This document shows, one piece after another, positions 12,501 to 26,566 of a stretch of 64,000 bases of DNA; the stretch's first letter is position 1, and each line of letters starts with the position of its first letter. The notes under the pieces are model-generated. The model was given only the letters and a program-made list of their open reading frames with translations. It was not told the DNA's origin and made no database searches. Position numbers and translations under genes: made by a program. Source of the DNA: Cystobasidiomycetes sp. EMM_F5 (lineage: Eukaryota); contig JBPGPT010000005.1 in assembly GCA_051047955.1 (NCBI GenBank), positions 372,001 through 436,000 of the forward strand. The letters run 5' to 3'.

Positions 12501-15245
12501 TAAGGAGGACTTTCCGCAAGAATATCTGGTGCGTCTTCCCATACAACTCCTTTGCAATCGTGCTAAACATTTCCTAACAACACAGAAAGCAGTATACGAT
12601 GGCATTCGGAAGCGCGAAATGGTCATGCCAGAAGAGCATGTCGGTATACTGGGCTTTGAGTACGCTTGGAAAGAATTGCTCCGGAGAGCATCTACCGCTG
12701 GACGATATCTGGTCTGCCATACAGATCACTTTGACAAATCCGTATTTACACTTTCCTGGAAGCCAGTCATATCAGCCTTGTCATATGCGTTCACCCATTT
12801 CACCGACGATTTCATGCTGCAACGAGCTATAGCAGGTTTCCAACAGTGCGCTACTCTGGCTCACCGCTTCGGTCTACCCGAAGTGTTCGATTACATTATA
12901 CACTCTCTGTCAAAGATCACCACGCTTGCAGGCCCGCAAGGCACTTTGGAATCCTCCACAACGTTTCCGACGATTGATATTGACGGGCAGACCGTCACCG
13001 TGTCCGCACTGGCTCTCCGCTTCGGGACAAGCTTCAAGGCTCAGCTGGCGGCCGTCGTCTTATTCTCTATTGCCAACGACAATGCATCCAGTATCGAACA
13101 AAGCTGGATTGATGTGCGGACTATCATGAAGTGCGATTTTTGAGCGGCTTAACTGATTAGAGGCATGGTCTTGCAGATCTTCGAAGTATATCACACCCTT
13201 TTCGCACATTCTTTGCTGCCTCAATCGCTGTTGAACATGGAAGAATTCCTAGCAGGAACGCCGGCCATACCTCTCAAGGTCCGCGTAGAAACTCCAGCGC
13301 CGGAAGAGAAAAGGCGGAACGACGGGGGACTACTGTCTACGCTCTCATCCTATCTTTTGTCGCCATATGCTCACACTCCCGACGGCATCGGTCGCGATGT
13401 CACTGAAGACGACATCGAACATACGCTCAGTACGATCGATTGCATCGCGTCATGTCGGGTTGACACATTATACAGTACCATCATGTGAGCTGCTCACATC
13501 AAATCCGGAAAGAAAGACTGACGCACAATATAGTTCTCTCCCGGCTGATGCCCTCGGAGTTGCCGTGATGGGTCTCGTTGACCTCAACGAGCGGGCTACA
13601 TTAGTCAAAATTCGCGAACGCACTTACAACGCCGTATCGTCCAGTCCTTCCATTTCCATCAATAAGACACAGCTTGATTACGATCCGTCCAGCGTCTTCA
13701 TGCTGGAGTTGATGATGAGTATAGCTGCGGAGGCAGAACACGCGGTTCCTGAGACTTGGTACGTAATCAGTAGTAAGGCTATGAAGGATGTTGGCTGATG
13801 CCTCTGAAGGCCCGTAATCTTCGATTTCGTCAGCAAAGTCTTGGCGTCTTGCCAATCCTTCCACACTATCTACTTGGAGCGCGTAGTGACCGGTCTACTG
13901 CGTATGACATCTTTGATCGCCCGTCGCGAAAGCATGAGGGATCAAGTTTTCGTCGCTTTGAATGTCCTGCATACATTACCCAGCCATGTGATGACAGCGC
14001 TCTCAGAACAAGTCGCTGTCGGCTTATCGCGCGTGTTGATGGAGAACCCTACTGGCATAAAGTCTGCCACGGAATGGAATCTGGTCTTCTCCTTGTGGTC
14101 TTCAACCGCTTCGAAGGAGGAAGCAGCAGCTGTTTCTTTCGACATGATAAGCAGTCTCTCTTCAGGAAACCTGGGAAGTGGACTAAACGCCGATAATTTC
14201 GTCGGCTTCATTCGCGTTCTCAACGACTTCGCGACGACGGCTAGTAGTGGCGATCTCAAATATAGGAATAGCGCTTCAGGTGCAGGCGATCCCGTCGTCG
14301 CGCGAGGCAGACAAGCATTAGAAATGATCCGAGATGCGCAATCGCTGGTTAACGAGCTCATCCAGAAGTCCAGTCTGAATGCTGCCGCCGGTCGGTTTTT
14401 CTACTCACCCGAGTTAATTGTGCTGATTCATCCTTTTCAGCCTGGGAAACATACTGGCTCCCAGTGCTGACGGTATACTCGCAGCAAAGCGTAAATGGAT
14501 GTCGTGAGATTCGCCAGACGGCACTCGCGAATCTTCAGCGCACTTTGATCGCCAATGAGGTCCTTTCGAATGCGGAAGTAGACTTGATCATGGTCTTCGA
14601 GCGTCTCATCTTTCCAATGCTGGATGAGCTGCTAAAACCTCAGGTGTTCCGGCGGGATCCCGAAGGCATGGGTGAAACTAGGTTGAGGGCTTCTGCTCTG
14701 CTTTGTAAAATCTTCCTGCATTATTTGATACAGCTATCCGAAAGACAAGGCATGGCAGGCATGACTGAACTATGGATGAAAATCTTGGGATACCTGGATC
14801 GATTCATGCACAGCGGGCGTCGCGACCACATGGTAAGACAAAGTTTCCATATGGTCGGTCTTCAGTTCACTGAGCCAAAATTGCAGTACGAAGCAGTGCC
14901 GGAATCCCTCAAGAATGTCCTGCTGGTCATGCACGCCTCCGGCTTTCTTGTGCCGCCACATCAGACGCCAAGGACTGACGTTCAAGCCAACTTGTGGGAC
15001 GCAACCTTCGACCGACTAGACATATTCCTACCTATATTGCGACAGGACCTTTTCCCCACTCCTGTCGGTAAGCACCTCAAATACCACGCAATGATGTCAA
15101 ATTCCTAATTAAATGCTTAGCAACACGATCAAGCCAACTGGCCTTACAGCCAGCTCCAGTGAGGAGTCCTTCCCCGACTCCGCCGTCATCTAGCCAGGAC
15201 TCGGACTCTGTGCCAAATCAAGCCTTCTCATCGCTGTATCTGTAG
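9586..15245 (+). CDS. GEA2: Sec7-domain ARF guanine-nucleotide exchange factor (Gea1/Gea2/GBF1 type)
   Basis: Sec7 motifs FNEKPKDGISFL, FRLPGEAQQIDRITETFA, AYVLAFSIIMLNTDLH; DCB/HUS motifs (THCKFEASD, LWTNYDCNVDC); about 10 introns; last exon ends ...FSSLYL* at 15245. Confidence 0.92.
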
Positions 15246-15396
15246 CATGAACATTGGTAGCAATTGCATTGGTGAAGCGTGTTGTCAATTTACATTTGCA
15301 TTGCAGTGCAGAATATATATTTGAGGCCATGAACAATTATGTATCGTAAGACTGAAGAGGAGCTACACGTCTTCATATCGTATGCCTCCCTCCTGA

Positions 15397-18300
15397 TCAC
15401 AATCCGGCAGCGTAATGCAACGCATACGCAGGCTGTGCAACGTTGTTGCCGTAGGGCACGTTTTGATGGTGCGGCGCAGGTTCCGAAGGCATTGATGCAG
15501 GAGAGGGATAGTCGTATTTGTATTGGTTCGGGGTAGGACCGGCAGAATCAGTAGTATAGTACTGCCGCTGTGAATCGTTAGAGGAAGGGTTTTGCTGCAT
15601 GTGCATGTTATGCGTTTGCTGCGGATAGTGTGGCTGCTGAGGCCCGGATGCATGGATCTGGCTGACAGCCTTTGGCGGTATAGCAGGTTTAGCAATCTGC
15701 TGTTGCGCCTGTCCGGAGCGAGCTCGTTCCATGGGATTGTTCCTAGGCTTAGCGGGTGCAGCTTGACGCGACTCCGCCACCAAGTCCTCTGGCCAGACAA
15801 TGGCAGCATATTTGCACAAGGCGCGATTACCATCACCGAATTGGACTTCGACTTCGCCGTGAGCCGCTCTGTTTGCGACCAAAGTCACTGCCCAAACGCC
15901 AGTCGAGGCACGGATTTGAATAGGAGATCCAGATTGGAGTCTCGCAATTCGGTCAGCCAAATCTTGCCTCTTCTTTTCAGCCAAAGCTCGCTGCCAGACG
16001 GGGTTGTGTTGACGGCATGTGACCGCTAGCTGTAGAGTGCCCTCGCCTAATGGAGCGTCTCCTGGTAGCATAGGCTCCAGTACACTGCGGCCATTGACAA
16101 GTGCATCGAGAACGACACCGCTACCATCCTTCAATGCGCAAGTGGCGTGGAAGGCCCTAACGCATTTAGCCGACTTGGTACATTGGATCTGGGGATTAAT
16201 CTTGTTAGCATGTGCGTGCTTGCCTAAACTGGTATAGCCGCAACTCACCTTCGTGCCATGCTTATCATCACAAAGGCCGCATTTCAAGCCCCATCGAGCA
16301 GACTCGATTTGGTCGAATCCGTAAACCATCTCGATACCGGTTGCTGGGTCTTGCGCACACCACGTCGTGGGAGTGAACGTAACGCATACTTTGTGAGCCA
16401 TCAAGCTTCGATTTTTGGCCTTTTCAGAATAGATTCGCACGAGGCCGTCTGACGACTCTTCTGGACATAGTGCGCAAGGGTGAGGCCGTGGTGCTGGCTT
16501 CAAGCTGGTGTGAGATGAAGCCATAGACGCAGCAGGCGAAGCCTTCGCGCCCGCCACAGAACGCACTGCTTTGTTCGCAGAATGACCATTTCCTGCCCTG
16601 CCTGCAGAAGCAGGCGTGCTAGTCTGACTGTTCGTTTGGGGACGAGCAGGCTTCCTTTCGTGTTCACTGGCAGTCGCTCTCGGCTGCATGCGTGGCTGAT
16701 TGACCACAGGCTGCGGTGGTCTGTAAGCAGGGCCGAGAATCCGCCGCTTTTTGGCCTCATGTTGAGGGATGATGACAGCAGCGTCCCGTTCTTGCTTTCT
16801 CCGTTCCGCATACTCTGGGTCTTTGCGTATGCGCTCAGCGTCTTGTCGGGCTTCGTCCAGCCAATGATCGACGTTGATCCTGACCGTATCAGGAAAGCAC
16901 ACACACGCTTTTGTTCGTCGACCAATGTCGAGCCAGCCTTCGGTTGCAAAGTTGATACTCTCGGCACAATTGAAGCCCAAATTGAAGCCGGAGTGATATC
17001 CATAAGGATAAGTCAATATGATCTCGCCTGGGAACTGCACGCATCGATTTAGGGGTATGCCTCCATCATGCAGATTTGTGGGTGAGACGAGAAATTGCTT
17101 GTGTCGCATAAACTCGGGGCACTTCTGCTGATCATGAGGGAAATAGCTCGCCATCAAACGCTCGAATCTTTCGGCAGAGGTTTGTGGGATGCTGTACCAG
17201 AATTTGGGACCACCAAAGTGGATGTAATTAATCGAGTAGAGATCTGCATCCTCGACGTGCCAGGCGACTAACAAGACGGAAGTTAGTGCAGCAATGCATA
17301 TTTCGTGGAATTTATACGCACATGTTGCTCTCCACATGCCAAAGTAGAGATAAGGGGTGTTGACGCCCGGCATCGGCATGTGCGGGTTGATGCGCATAAG
17401 GAGATCATCCAAACAGGCCACATTCCAGTCCTTTACGCTTTCGTCGAATAGAGATCCAGACCCGTCCGCGCCGTACATTGGTGGTGCGCCCAGCGAGAAC
17501 CGCTTCCAGTACTGCCGCTCAATCTTCTTACACTCGTCTAAGGTATAGTCTTCAAGTTTTGCACCGTTGGGCAGAGCTTCGTAATCAAAGGTAGCCCATT
17601 CCTTGTCCCACTCTTCTCCAAGCTCCTCCTGGCGAAGCTGACGAGACCGCTTCTTGCCGGACTTTGTCACAGAAGCCGTTCCGGTTTCAGATGGTGCAGG
17701 CGCTTCCGACGAGTCGCGCGCGACTGGGTCGTGCCGTGCGGGTGTGGCCATCGTGGCTTGTACATTCTCTTTTCCGCTGTCGTGAGATGCAGCAGGTGAT
17801 GGTGGCGCCCCCAGCGCAGGTTCGGTGTTTTCCTCTTTTACTGTGAGCTGAGGATCGGTGTTTGCAACTTCGACGGCTACATCATTCAGCTTCTTCTCCC
17901 AGTTGTCGTGCTCTTCCGGATTTTGTAGAGTGTCCATGTCAACATCCGCGTTACCCATACTTTCTGATAGCGGTGTTTTGGATGGCTCCGGAAGCTGTTC
18001 GTCATTCTCTTCCTCCTTCTCCTTCTTCTTTTGCTTTGCTGGTCTTCCCCGTGGTCTTTTTGCGGGCGGGGGCCCATCTGCAGGAACTGCACCACCTCTC
18101 GTTGAACGTCGTGGTGCAGATGCGATCCTCTCCGTTCCGTCTCCTCCTTGGCTGGCTCTGCTTCTGGCGTTGAAAAAGTCTGGCGTAGCATACTTGTCCG
18201 TCTCGCACATCTCCTTCCACTGCTTGATGTTGTAGATGCGACGAGAGGCGACGTTGCTCTGACGGAATATACCCCTGCTTCCCATAAAGTGCTGTTCTAT

Positions 18301-19310
18301 AGGCTCACGGATGCTCGTATCTTTGAGCGGCTGAGACACGGATTTGAGTGTGGCAAACCTGTCATGACATTCTCAGAGTCAGAAGGATGATTTGCAACGA
18401 CAAAAGTTGTAAATTAGTCTCACCACTCCTTTGGCGGAACGACCTTGACTATACCGCTACGCATTCCGTAATTGTCAATCTTTGCGATGAAGCTGTTGAA
18501 GTCTCTGAAATCTTCGTACGACGGCTCAAACACGGGTACCCCGCGAGTCGCGTTGCTTTCGGTCGGATAATAGTAGCTTGGTTTGATCTTGCCATCGGTC
18601 GCAGTTTTGCGATAGCTCGACAGACGACGAGGACCATCGTAGCCTGCTGGGAGTGCAGTCTCGCCGGGCGCGAGCCCTGGCGTTCCCCAATCATCTTCGT
18701 CTTCGTCGTCTTCGTCACTGAGGTCATCCATGCCCTCGCGCACTGGCAGATGGATCCTGCGAACGCGCTCTCTTGCCTGATAAGGCTTTGTAGTTGGCTC
18801 TACCCATTCCTCGCCGTCGTTCTCGGCTGCCTGTTCTTGCTTTGGCTCGTCCACCGATACCTGCGCGACTGAAACTGGAGCTACAGGAGCAGGATTTGGG
18901 TGTGCAGCCGGCAGGGGAGGTAACGGTGGCAGGGCTGTTGGCGGCTTTGGCTGTTCTGGCTGCCATTGTTGGTGTTGCTGTCGCTGTTGCTGCTGCTGCT
19001 GACTCCAAACTAAATGCTGCTCGTGGGCTGGATTTCGCTGCTTCGGACCACCGCAGGCGTACGGGATGTATGCTTCCGGCGGGGGCACAAATGATGGCGC
19101 AGTCTGATACGCAGACTGCTGTTGCTGGTGCTGGTGCTGCAAAGGCTGGACTGGCGGAAGCGGCGGCAGGGCAGCGGAGGGCGACTGCATCGAACTGCCC
19201 GCGCTGACTGGGCCAGACGGTGCTGCTGGGTGGGCTGCGAGCTGCGGAGCGTACGCAGAGTACACAGACGGGTACGCAGTCCGCGAATCGCTCATCGTGT
19301 CCTCCAACAT
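15397..19310 (-). CDS. JmjN/JmjC histone demethylase (KDM4/Rph1 family) with a PHD-like zinc finger
   Basis: JmjN VPVFEPSYEDFRDF...SGIVKVVPPKEW; JmjC GVNTPYLYFGMWRAT|FAWHVEDADLYSINY, GYHSGFNLGFNCAESINFA; CALC..AHKVC..C..C..QC..C..FHATC finger. Confidence 0.92.
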
Positions 19311-20336
19311 GGCCGGAAAGAACTGGCCAAGGTCGTGGTGGGAGAGAACCAGATTATCTAACGGGACTCGCCGCGGGGCAGCTGGATGGGGCGAATATCA
19401 GGACTTGCCGAGATTTACACACCGACAACTCGTACAGTCTCATACGAGACGGTCGCTGTACTTCCCGCTGGATCCGGGCCCGATTTGACCGAGCTGGGCT
19501 GACGTTTACTCCTCATCAGCGCAGCAGGCTTGTGTCTAGGCATGCAGCTGGTCTATCCACAGCAGCGCACTTGGACTCCACACTGCTGACTCTCCCATGT
19601 TGCGTATCGCTGATGCCGCCCGCCGTCGATTTGAAGTGCATGCCGCCCGTTTTACACGACCCATTTTCGAATCTGCCAATGCTCAAGCATGGCTAACACA
19701 GACGCATACTAGCCTATAGGACGGCATACAAAGCTGAAAGCAACTTCTACAATGCTGCTGACATGTCTCTGCTCGCCGTTAGCGTCGTTGTGTGCCCGTT
19801 GGCGACCAGGATGCCGTAAATCGGTCCTGGGCGCGCCGCAAGCAAGACGAGCGTAGCTGCTATGTAGCAGGCCGGCCACGGGGCTGTCCACTACGTACAC
19901 ATACGTCATGCGCTATAGCTCTGCTGCCACTTGTGCATCCTTTACCTTCGTTGGTCACCTGTCAGCATGGCTGGGCTGTTGAGCATCAGCAATACGCTAC
20001 AAGCGATGGTAAACCGGCGCACAAGCCCCTCTGTTGTCAGTAGAATGTAGTGAATGTCAGCTTGGCTCTTTGCTGCACTTGGCTACTCTGCGGTGTGTTC
20101 ATTCGACCAGTTGCAAATGGTCGATTGATGTTCCGGTCGGTGTCGCCGTGCTAGTGATGCAGCGTATTCGCAAACTCGGAGTGCTAAAGCGCGACAGAAG
20201 CTTTGAGAGTTGCAGTACCGATGATACAACGACATGTCTTGCTACGGACTCCACGAATTGCCTTCCATCATACTGTGAACTTCCCACATTCATCCTGCAT
20301 CGTGCGGACAGACAGACGAAACGCGACTCATACCGC

Positions 20337-21636
20337 TCAAGCCGATCCAAACATCACGAGTGATCTAGCATAATACGCACGTTGAAGTATCCATCTTCTT
20401 ACGAAAGAGACGGGCCCGATGGTATTGGCCAGCGAGAATGGCACTCTTGTCAGTGGGTGTGTATGCCCCTGGACGTGCTTGGCACGGTGCTCCTTCAAGA
20501 CGTAGTACAAGCCTTCCTGGCGCCATGCATCTTCAAACAGGTGGAGCGCTTCATTATTGGCTTCCCCTCTTGTTCTCCCTTCGGCTGCCATGTGCGCTTC
20601 TAAGGCGGGATGTCGAGCAATGTCGACACTTGGTACAGCGGTCTTGAGATAGAATTTCGGCCGACGAGACATTCCAGTGAAGCCAATATTAAGCGGGACG
20701 ATGAATTTGGGTACCCGTCCGACGCAAAGATGACCTGCCATCCAAATATCGTCCACTAGATGAGCGGGACTAGATGACATTGCGGCCAGATCGAGTAATC
20801 CAGCTGCACTTTGCTGGCTGCCATCTGGAATACCTGATTCTCGTCCTGCAAACCAGCGAGGAAAGATGAGGTAACCGTCATTGGCAGTCAGTACGCTAGC
20901 TCGGTACGGGTCGTCCAATGTCCAGCCTTCTATGACATGGTCAGAATACTCGTCCGATCCTACTCCCCACTGCAGATCCTCTCGGATCCGCCAACCGCGT
21001 AATCCGATGGCGGAATCTCGTAGACTTGGCAAATGCATATGGAAGATCAGAGATGCTATCAAATCGGGGGAGTAGAAATGGTCATCGTCTGGATGATGCT
21101 AGCATCAGTCCAATGAGTATTATTGGCACAGCGTGCAGCATCTCACCAACTATCACCAGCGGAGAGTCTAGATCCCGAACATCCAGCAACTCTCTGATTG
21201 CATAAACAAACTTTGTAGCAGGTCCAATATCCTTCACAAAGCGAACCTGAATGGGGACGTTATGATTGTCCATTATAGCTCGCAGCCTGCGCCCATCTCC
21301 GCGAGTCTGGAGGAATCGTTCGAAACCAGCCTCAGTCTCCTGTGGGAGGAATACTCTAATCTCTCGCGGTTGTAAGGATTGATGTGTCAGAGAATGAAGC
21401 GTTGTAACGAGTTCGTGAGTGCGATTTGCCGTAGAGGCGAGAGACACAAACGGGCGGATAGCTTCTGGTTGCGGAGAGGACAGCGTGTCATGAATCTCCG
21501 TGCTGAAAGAGAAATCCACAATCGTTGCATCCTGAAACGGGCTCGGCGTCCCCCATGTCGACCAATATCCAAAGCAGCACAGGACAAAGATCGATATGAC
21601 CGTCCAAATGCGCCGTTGGGCTGGGACATAAATCAT
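20337..21636 (-). CDS. Type II membrane GT-A-fold glycosyltransferase-like protein (1 intron)
   Basis: N-terminal TM (IWTVISIFVLCCFGYW); SLASTANR..LHSL..QSLQP; DIGPATKF; spliced IV|DDDHFY (DxD); VDDIWMAGHL. Confidence 0.7.
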
Positions 21637-21925
21637 GGTGGAAGGGATGGCAGAAGGCAATTTAAATGCCTCTTCGACATTGTTCAGGCATGGAGTGATC
21701 AAAAGCCAGCCTGCACCTTCGTTGTACAGCTAGCCGGACGTCGATCGAGCTTGTCGAGCTAATCTCTCCAAATGCTCGCAGCTCATTCCATATACATGCT
21801 GACCATGCATTCGCCCTATCACCTCTGAATACATCATGATCCATCTGAAACGCTGAAGCCCTGCTTAAGACACTTGAATATTCATGTCTCACCCGTAAAT
21901 TTGGTCGAGCGAAGGCTTTGCAAAG

Positions 21926-24900
21926 ATGGCGTATAACGCAGCTCAACAACGAGGTCTCAATCGCAACAATGCTCAGCCTAACAGTCTGCCGCAACCTCCG
22001 CCGGCTTCCGCTGGCCTGCCTGCCCATCCAGGTTTAGTCGCGCAAGGTCCGCAAATACAAAACATGTCTGCTGAACAGGCTGCTCAATTCCGAGATTATG
22101 GCTATGGTAGTACACCTCAGCGAGGCGGAGGTCATCATGGAAGAGGTCGCGGAGGCCACAGAGGACAAAATCAAACGCATAATCCCGTAAATTTGGAATG
22201 ACTTCATACTTGTACAACTTTCGAAACTTCGCTAATAACCATTCCGATATGTGATTATCAGGTCATTGCTCCTCTTATGATGCCGCAACAGCCTCAAGCG
22301 CAGGTCGCGCCAGGCTATCCGCCTGCGCAACCAATCCAATATGGTCAGACCCCGCAAGGCGCATACTCACAGCCATATCAGCAAGGTGCTCCAGTAGCAG
22401 GTGCTGTCGTACCTTTGTACCATACGAATGCCCAAGTCATGCCTCAAGGCGTTCACCAACAGCCGTTTCCTCCCGTGGCATACAACAGCGGTCCTCCAGC
22501 CAAGAGAGCTCGGTATGACAATCCCATGAATACAAGCCCTATGCCAACAGGACCGCAGCAGATGATGTATAATACTCAACCGCAGCAGTATATTGCTACC
22601 GCCCCAGCTGGTACCATGCCGTTGCACCAGCAGCAGCAACAATATAATCAGTACGCGGAGCAGCCGCAGTATATGCAGCAACCGTACGCTATGGCAGGCT
22701 CGGGATCTGCTCCTATAGCGTACCATGACCCCCATTCGCAGCAGCACCAGCCCTATGCGAACATTGGCTTGGTCAACGGTTCAAACGGACATGGTGCTTT
22801 CTCCCCTCAACAATTCCAGCCATCTTCCCAACCCATACACCTCGCCTCGATGTCCTCCATGCCAGCACAGCCTGGTGCTCCAATACATTTGACTGCCGCT
22901 GGACCAGTCGGTCACGGTCATTCCCCTCATCCTCCACAAAACCGGTCCAAGAATAACGGACATCGCAATCAGAACAAGCCGAGACCGTCTTCACTTCCTG
23001 CTCCTCCTCATCTGCCTTCCAATCAACCGCCCCCTCCTGCTGCTTCAACTGCCCCTCCTCCGCCGCCGCCGCCACCGGGGCCTGCGCCCGCTCCTCCTCC
23101 AAATAACGCAGATGTATCGCAGCAGAGACCTGGCTCAGGATCAATACGACTAGCTCCGCAAGGAGCAGCGACTCTTCCGCCAACGCCTGTTGCCTCGACA
23201 TCAGGGGCGCAGATTAGTCAATCGGTTCCATCCAGAAACAATCTGCCTCACGGAACCTACTCAGATGGTACAGGTGGCAGTGCCGTCATGATCAGGCGAG
23301 ACCCTGCTCTCATGGCAGCTAATGCCTCAGGGCGTGGCGGCAGATCCGGGAGTTCAGGCCGAGGTGGGTACAATGACCGGGACGGAGGGAGGGGGAGGGG
23401 ATCTTCCCGTGGACGTGGCGGGCGAGGCGGATTCAATGACCGCCGCGGTGACCGTAACTCGTCGGGAGACTATAATAGCCGCAATTCGAGCGACAGGTAC
23501 GAAACTGCCTCAAACAGCTCAAATACTGGTCATGGGCGTAATACAAATCGCGACGGACCATTCCAAAAAGGCGGCAAGCGATCTGCCCAAAATTCTATGC
23601 AGTCTTTGAGCCCTGTGAATCAGCAACACCCTAACAAAAGACGGGCGAAGGGAGATGCAGCGGCCATCGCAAATGCGTATGCTGAGGAACATGGTAATCA
23701 CCGAGATCCATCGAACAATACAACTCGCAACCAGAAAGGCAAAGAGAAGGAGCAAAACCCGAGCGCTAATACTAAAGACAGTCAGAAGAAGGCACAGAAG
23801 AAAACCTTGACCGACTTTCGCATCGAAGGCTTGGAAATCGTCGAGCTTGGCTGGAGTTGGAAGGCTTTGCCAAATACTATTCCAGAAAATGAATCGCTGG
23901 AAACTGAACAACCCAATCTTGATCTGCCCCTTACGCGATCTGAAAAGGTGGAAACAGACGAGGAGAGCACTGACGATAGCTCAGATAGTGAAAGTGACGA
24001 TGATGAAGGGGAAGACGATGAAGATATCGTTGACAAATCGTCGGAAACTTCGGCCCTCGAGCAAATCGATGAAGCTGAGGAGGTTGAAAACAATGCTGAA
24101 GCGCTAGATACCGACCTAGATGGCATCGATATCTCGAAACCGCTTGAAACTGCTGCTACTTCTGTGACGATGGAGTCTAAAGCGAGTGTGGATTCTGCTA
24201 CAACGTCGTCTTCGACTACAGTAGATGCGAGTCTCACTGACAGGAGGAAAGAGAAGCGTAAACACAGCGGTAGCGATGACGAAGATCCCGACATTCACGC
24301 GGTGGACGGCGAGCTCGAAGAAAAAGATTCAAGCCATCATGGTCCACTCGGTAAGAAAGCAAGGAGTCTTCCTCAACCTGCGAACATCGAGCAAGAAATG
24401 CCTATGGTGGCCCCCTCCATTCACGACGATGTGCACGATTCCGCTTTAGTGGAGACAGAACATGCGCTGCCCATCAATGCGGGCAACGATACCGTCGCGT
24501 CTGTACAAATGGAGGATGTTCCCAACGCCGAGGATGTTCATGTCTTACCACTTGCCACCTCCGCGCCAGCAAATCTCGCTGAGACCCCGTCAGACCATCT
24601 TTCAGTCGCAATAGCAGGCGACGCAAAAGTCGATTTGAAGGAGGGCGTCGTTCCTGCCATAATCGAGCACGAGGATACAGTGGAGGCGCCATCAGCTACC
24701 CTGCACGGCTTTGCACATGCGGATCAGGCTAGTACAACAGCGGATGGAACGGCACATTCCTCTCCGAAGAGTGACTTGGCTATCCCTGAGTCAGCGCCTG
24801 AGCTCCTTCGGCCTCCTTCACAAGCATCTCGGAAGTCAGCCAAGAAGGAGGTGGATAACAGTCGGTTACGCCTGTATTTCTCTCATAATGTTCCGAAAGA

Positions 24901-26566
24901 ACCCGCAGTGCCGATTGTTGCGCCAGCTGTGGCAGCAAGTTCATTGCGCATGCAAGGACAAAAGAGACGGAGGTTGCAGACTCCTGCGGATGAAGTACCG
25001 TCAGAACCGGTGGAGATTGGTGCTGTGGAAGTTCAAGAGAGCAAGGCGGATGTCAAGGCGGACACGGCAATAACAGGACAGGCCGAAGTAGTAGAAGTCC
25101 ACGCAAGCGACAATGCCAAAACAGGAGAGGAGTCCGTTACCGAAGCAAAAACCGAGACCGACGACACGGTCAACGCATTGGGGTCGGATGCAGCGGAAGC
25201 TGAGGTCGTAGCGGCACACACGCCTTCTCTAAGTGCAGTCAATTACACCGAAAAGTTTTCAGAAGAAGCTCAATTCACGTCTACCGACAAAACATCGCTT
25301 GAAACACCTCTAGCGAAGCCTACGCAATCAACAATATCCTCAAATGAACCTAGCCCAGACCGTCTGTCCATCTCGTATGCTCACAACACTCATCGCCTCA
25401 TCATCGATGCTTCCGTCATAGAAGAGCTTTGCGTGTTTCGAGCAGAAGCCAAAGTCGAGATCAAAGTGCGGCTATCATCCTATTCCACGTCGCCGACAAC
25501 GCGTTGCTATAATGGCATATTTGTAAGCGGTGCTGTCTTTCATCGGACATTCGTGTATCAGTACTGACGTCTGCGGCTTCTGTAGCTCGAAGCGGCCATC
25601 AGAAGCGGGAATTTCGTAGAGGTCAAGCAAGGACAGCTCGAAGCCAACTGGCCGAAGGATGCTACGCCTGCACATCCTGAGCAGTCCACTTCCGGCAACA
25701 GTGCGTCCATGAATGCGCACGCTTCAGGTCACGACCCGCTCTTGCCGCCTTTGCACATCTTGTCCAGCGCACTTCCGGAGCTTACGGCAAAGGCGGAAGA
25801 CCAGAACGAAGAGAAACCGACTCAGGCACCGGGCGAAGCTGAAGACATCAAGCCGTCTCTACATGAGATACCTAACGACGAACCGAAGTTGTTGTCAATG
25901 ACAGTTATCGCTAGGCTCGACCGTGACCACCCGCTCACTGAAGCGAAGTGGGTGCGAACGGGAAGCGTTGACGAATGGATCTTGTCGCTGTCACCTCATA
26001 CTTCATCTCCGCAATTTTCGTCTTCAGCTTGGAAAGGCAAAATCAAAGTGTCCGATCCGGATCCTACTCCAACATTTCAGCACGCTCTGGAAAGTTGGGT
26101 GTCTACCGCTAATTCGAAGAATGGCTTTGATCATCTTCGATATCAATTTACTTCGTCACACTTCAAAGACGTTCGGAACGTGTTTGAGGTGCTTCTACGT
26201 CTGATTCGTCTTGGAAGTGGCAGTGGTGCTAGTAACGTTGCGAATACCTTCTCTCAGCAATCGGCGACTGCTGCCTTGCAGGCAACTTCTTTAGACGCAC
26301 CCTACCCTGATCAGCAGACTCCAGTCTCATTGGCTACATTTCAGTTGCTGCAAATGGGCGTTGAGGCAGCTGTGTCAGCTGGGCTCGAACAGGACGATAT
26401 TCTGCGCAGAGTAGGATCAGTCATCCGCTCGCTGCCCTACTCTATGATCTTCAAGTCCCTGGACTCGATGTTTGTAGATTACAAACGAGCTCAGCCGAAG
26501 AATGACCATGAACAGGCAAAGACAAAGGCAGGAAAAGACAGGAAAAGGGTAGAGCGTGATGCTTGA
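21926..26566 (+). CDS. Large mostly disordered protein: Q/P/Y-rich N-terminus, RGG boxes, acidic tract, folded C-terminal region; function unknown
   Basis: Three long ORFs joined by canonical introns (about 22187-22261 and 25523-25586); motif islands LTDFRIEGLEI..LGWSW, SRLRLYF, DRLSISYA..RLIIDA, PLTEAKWVRTG, WKGKIKVSDPDP. Confidence 0.75.

Noticed and set aside
23782..24294. Long antisense ORFs over low-complexity genes (also 9576-10043, 17858-18235, 13942-14361)
   Set aside because: Shadow ORFs arising from codon bias of the sense-strand genes.
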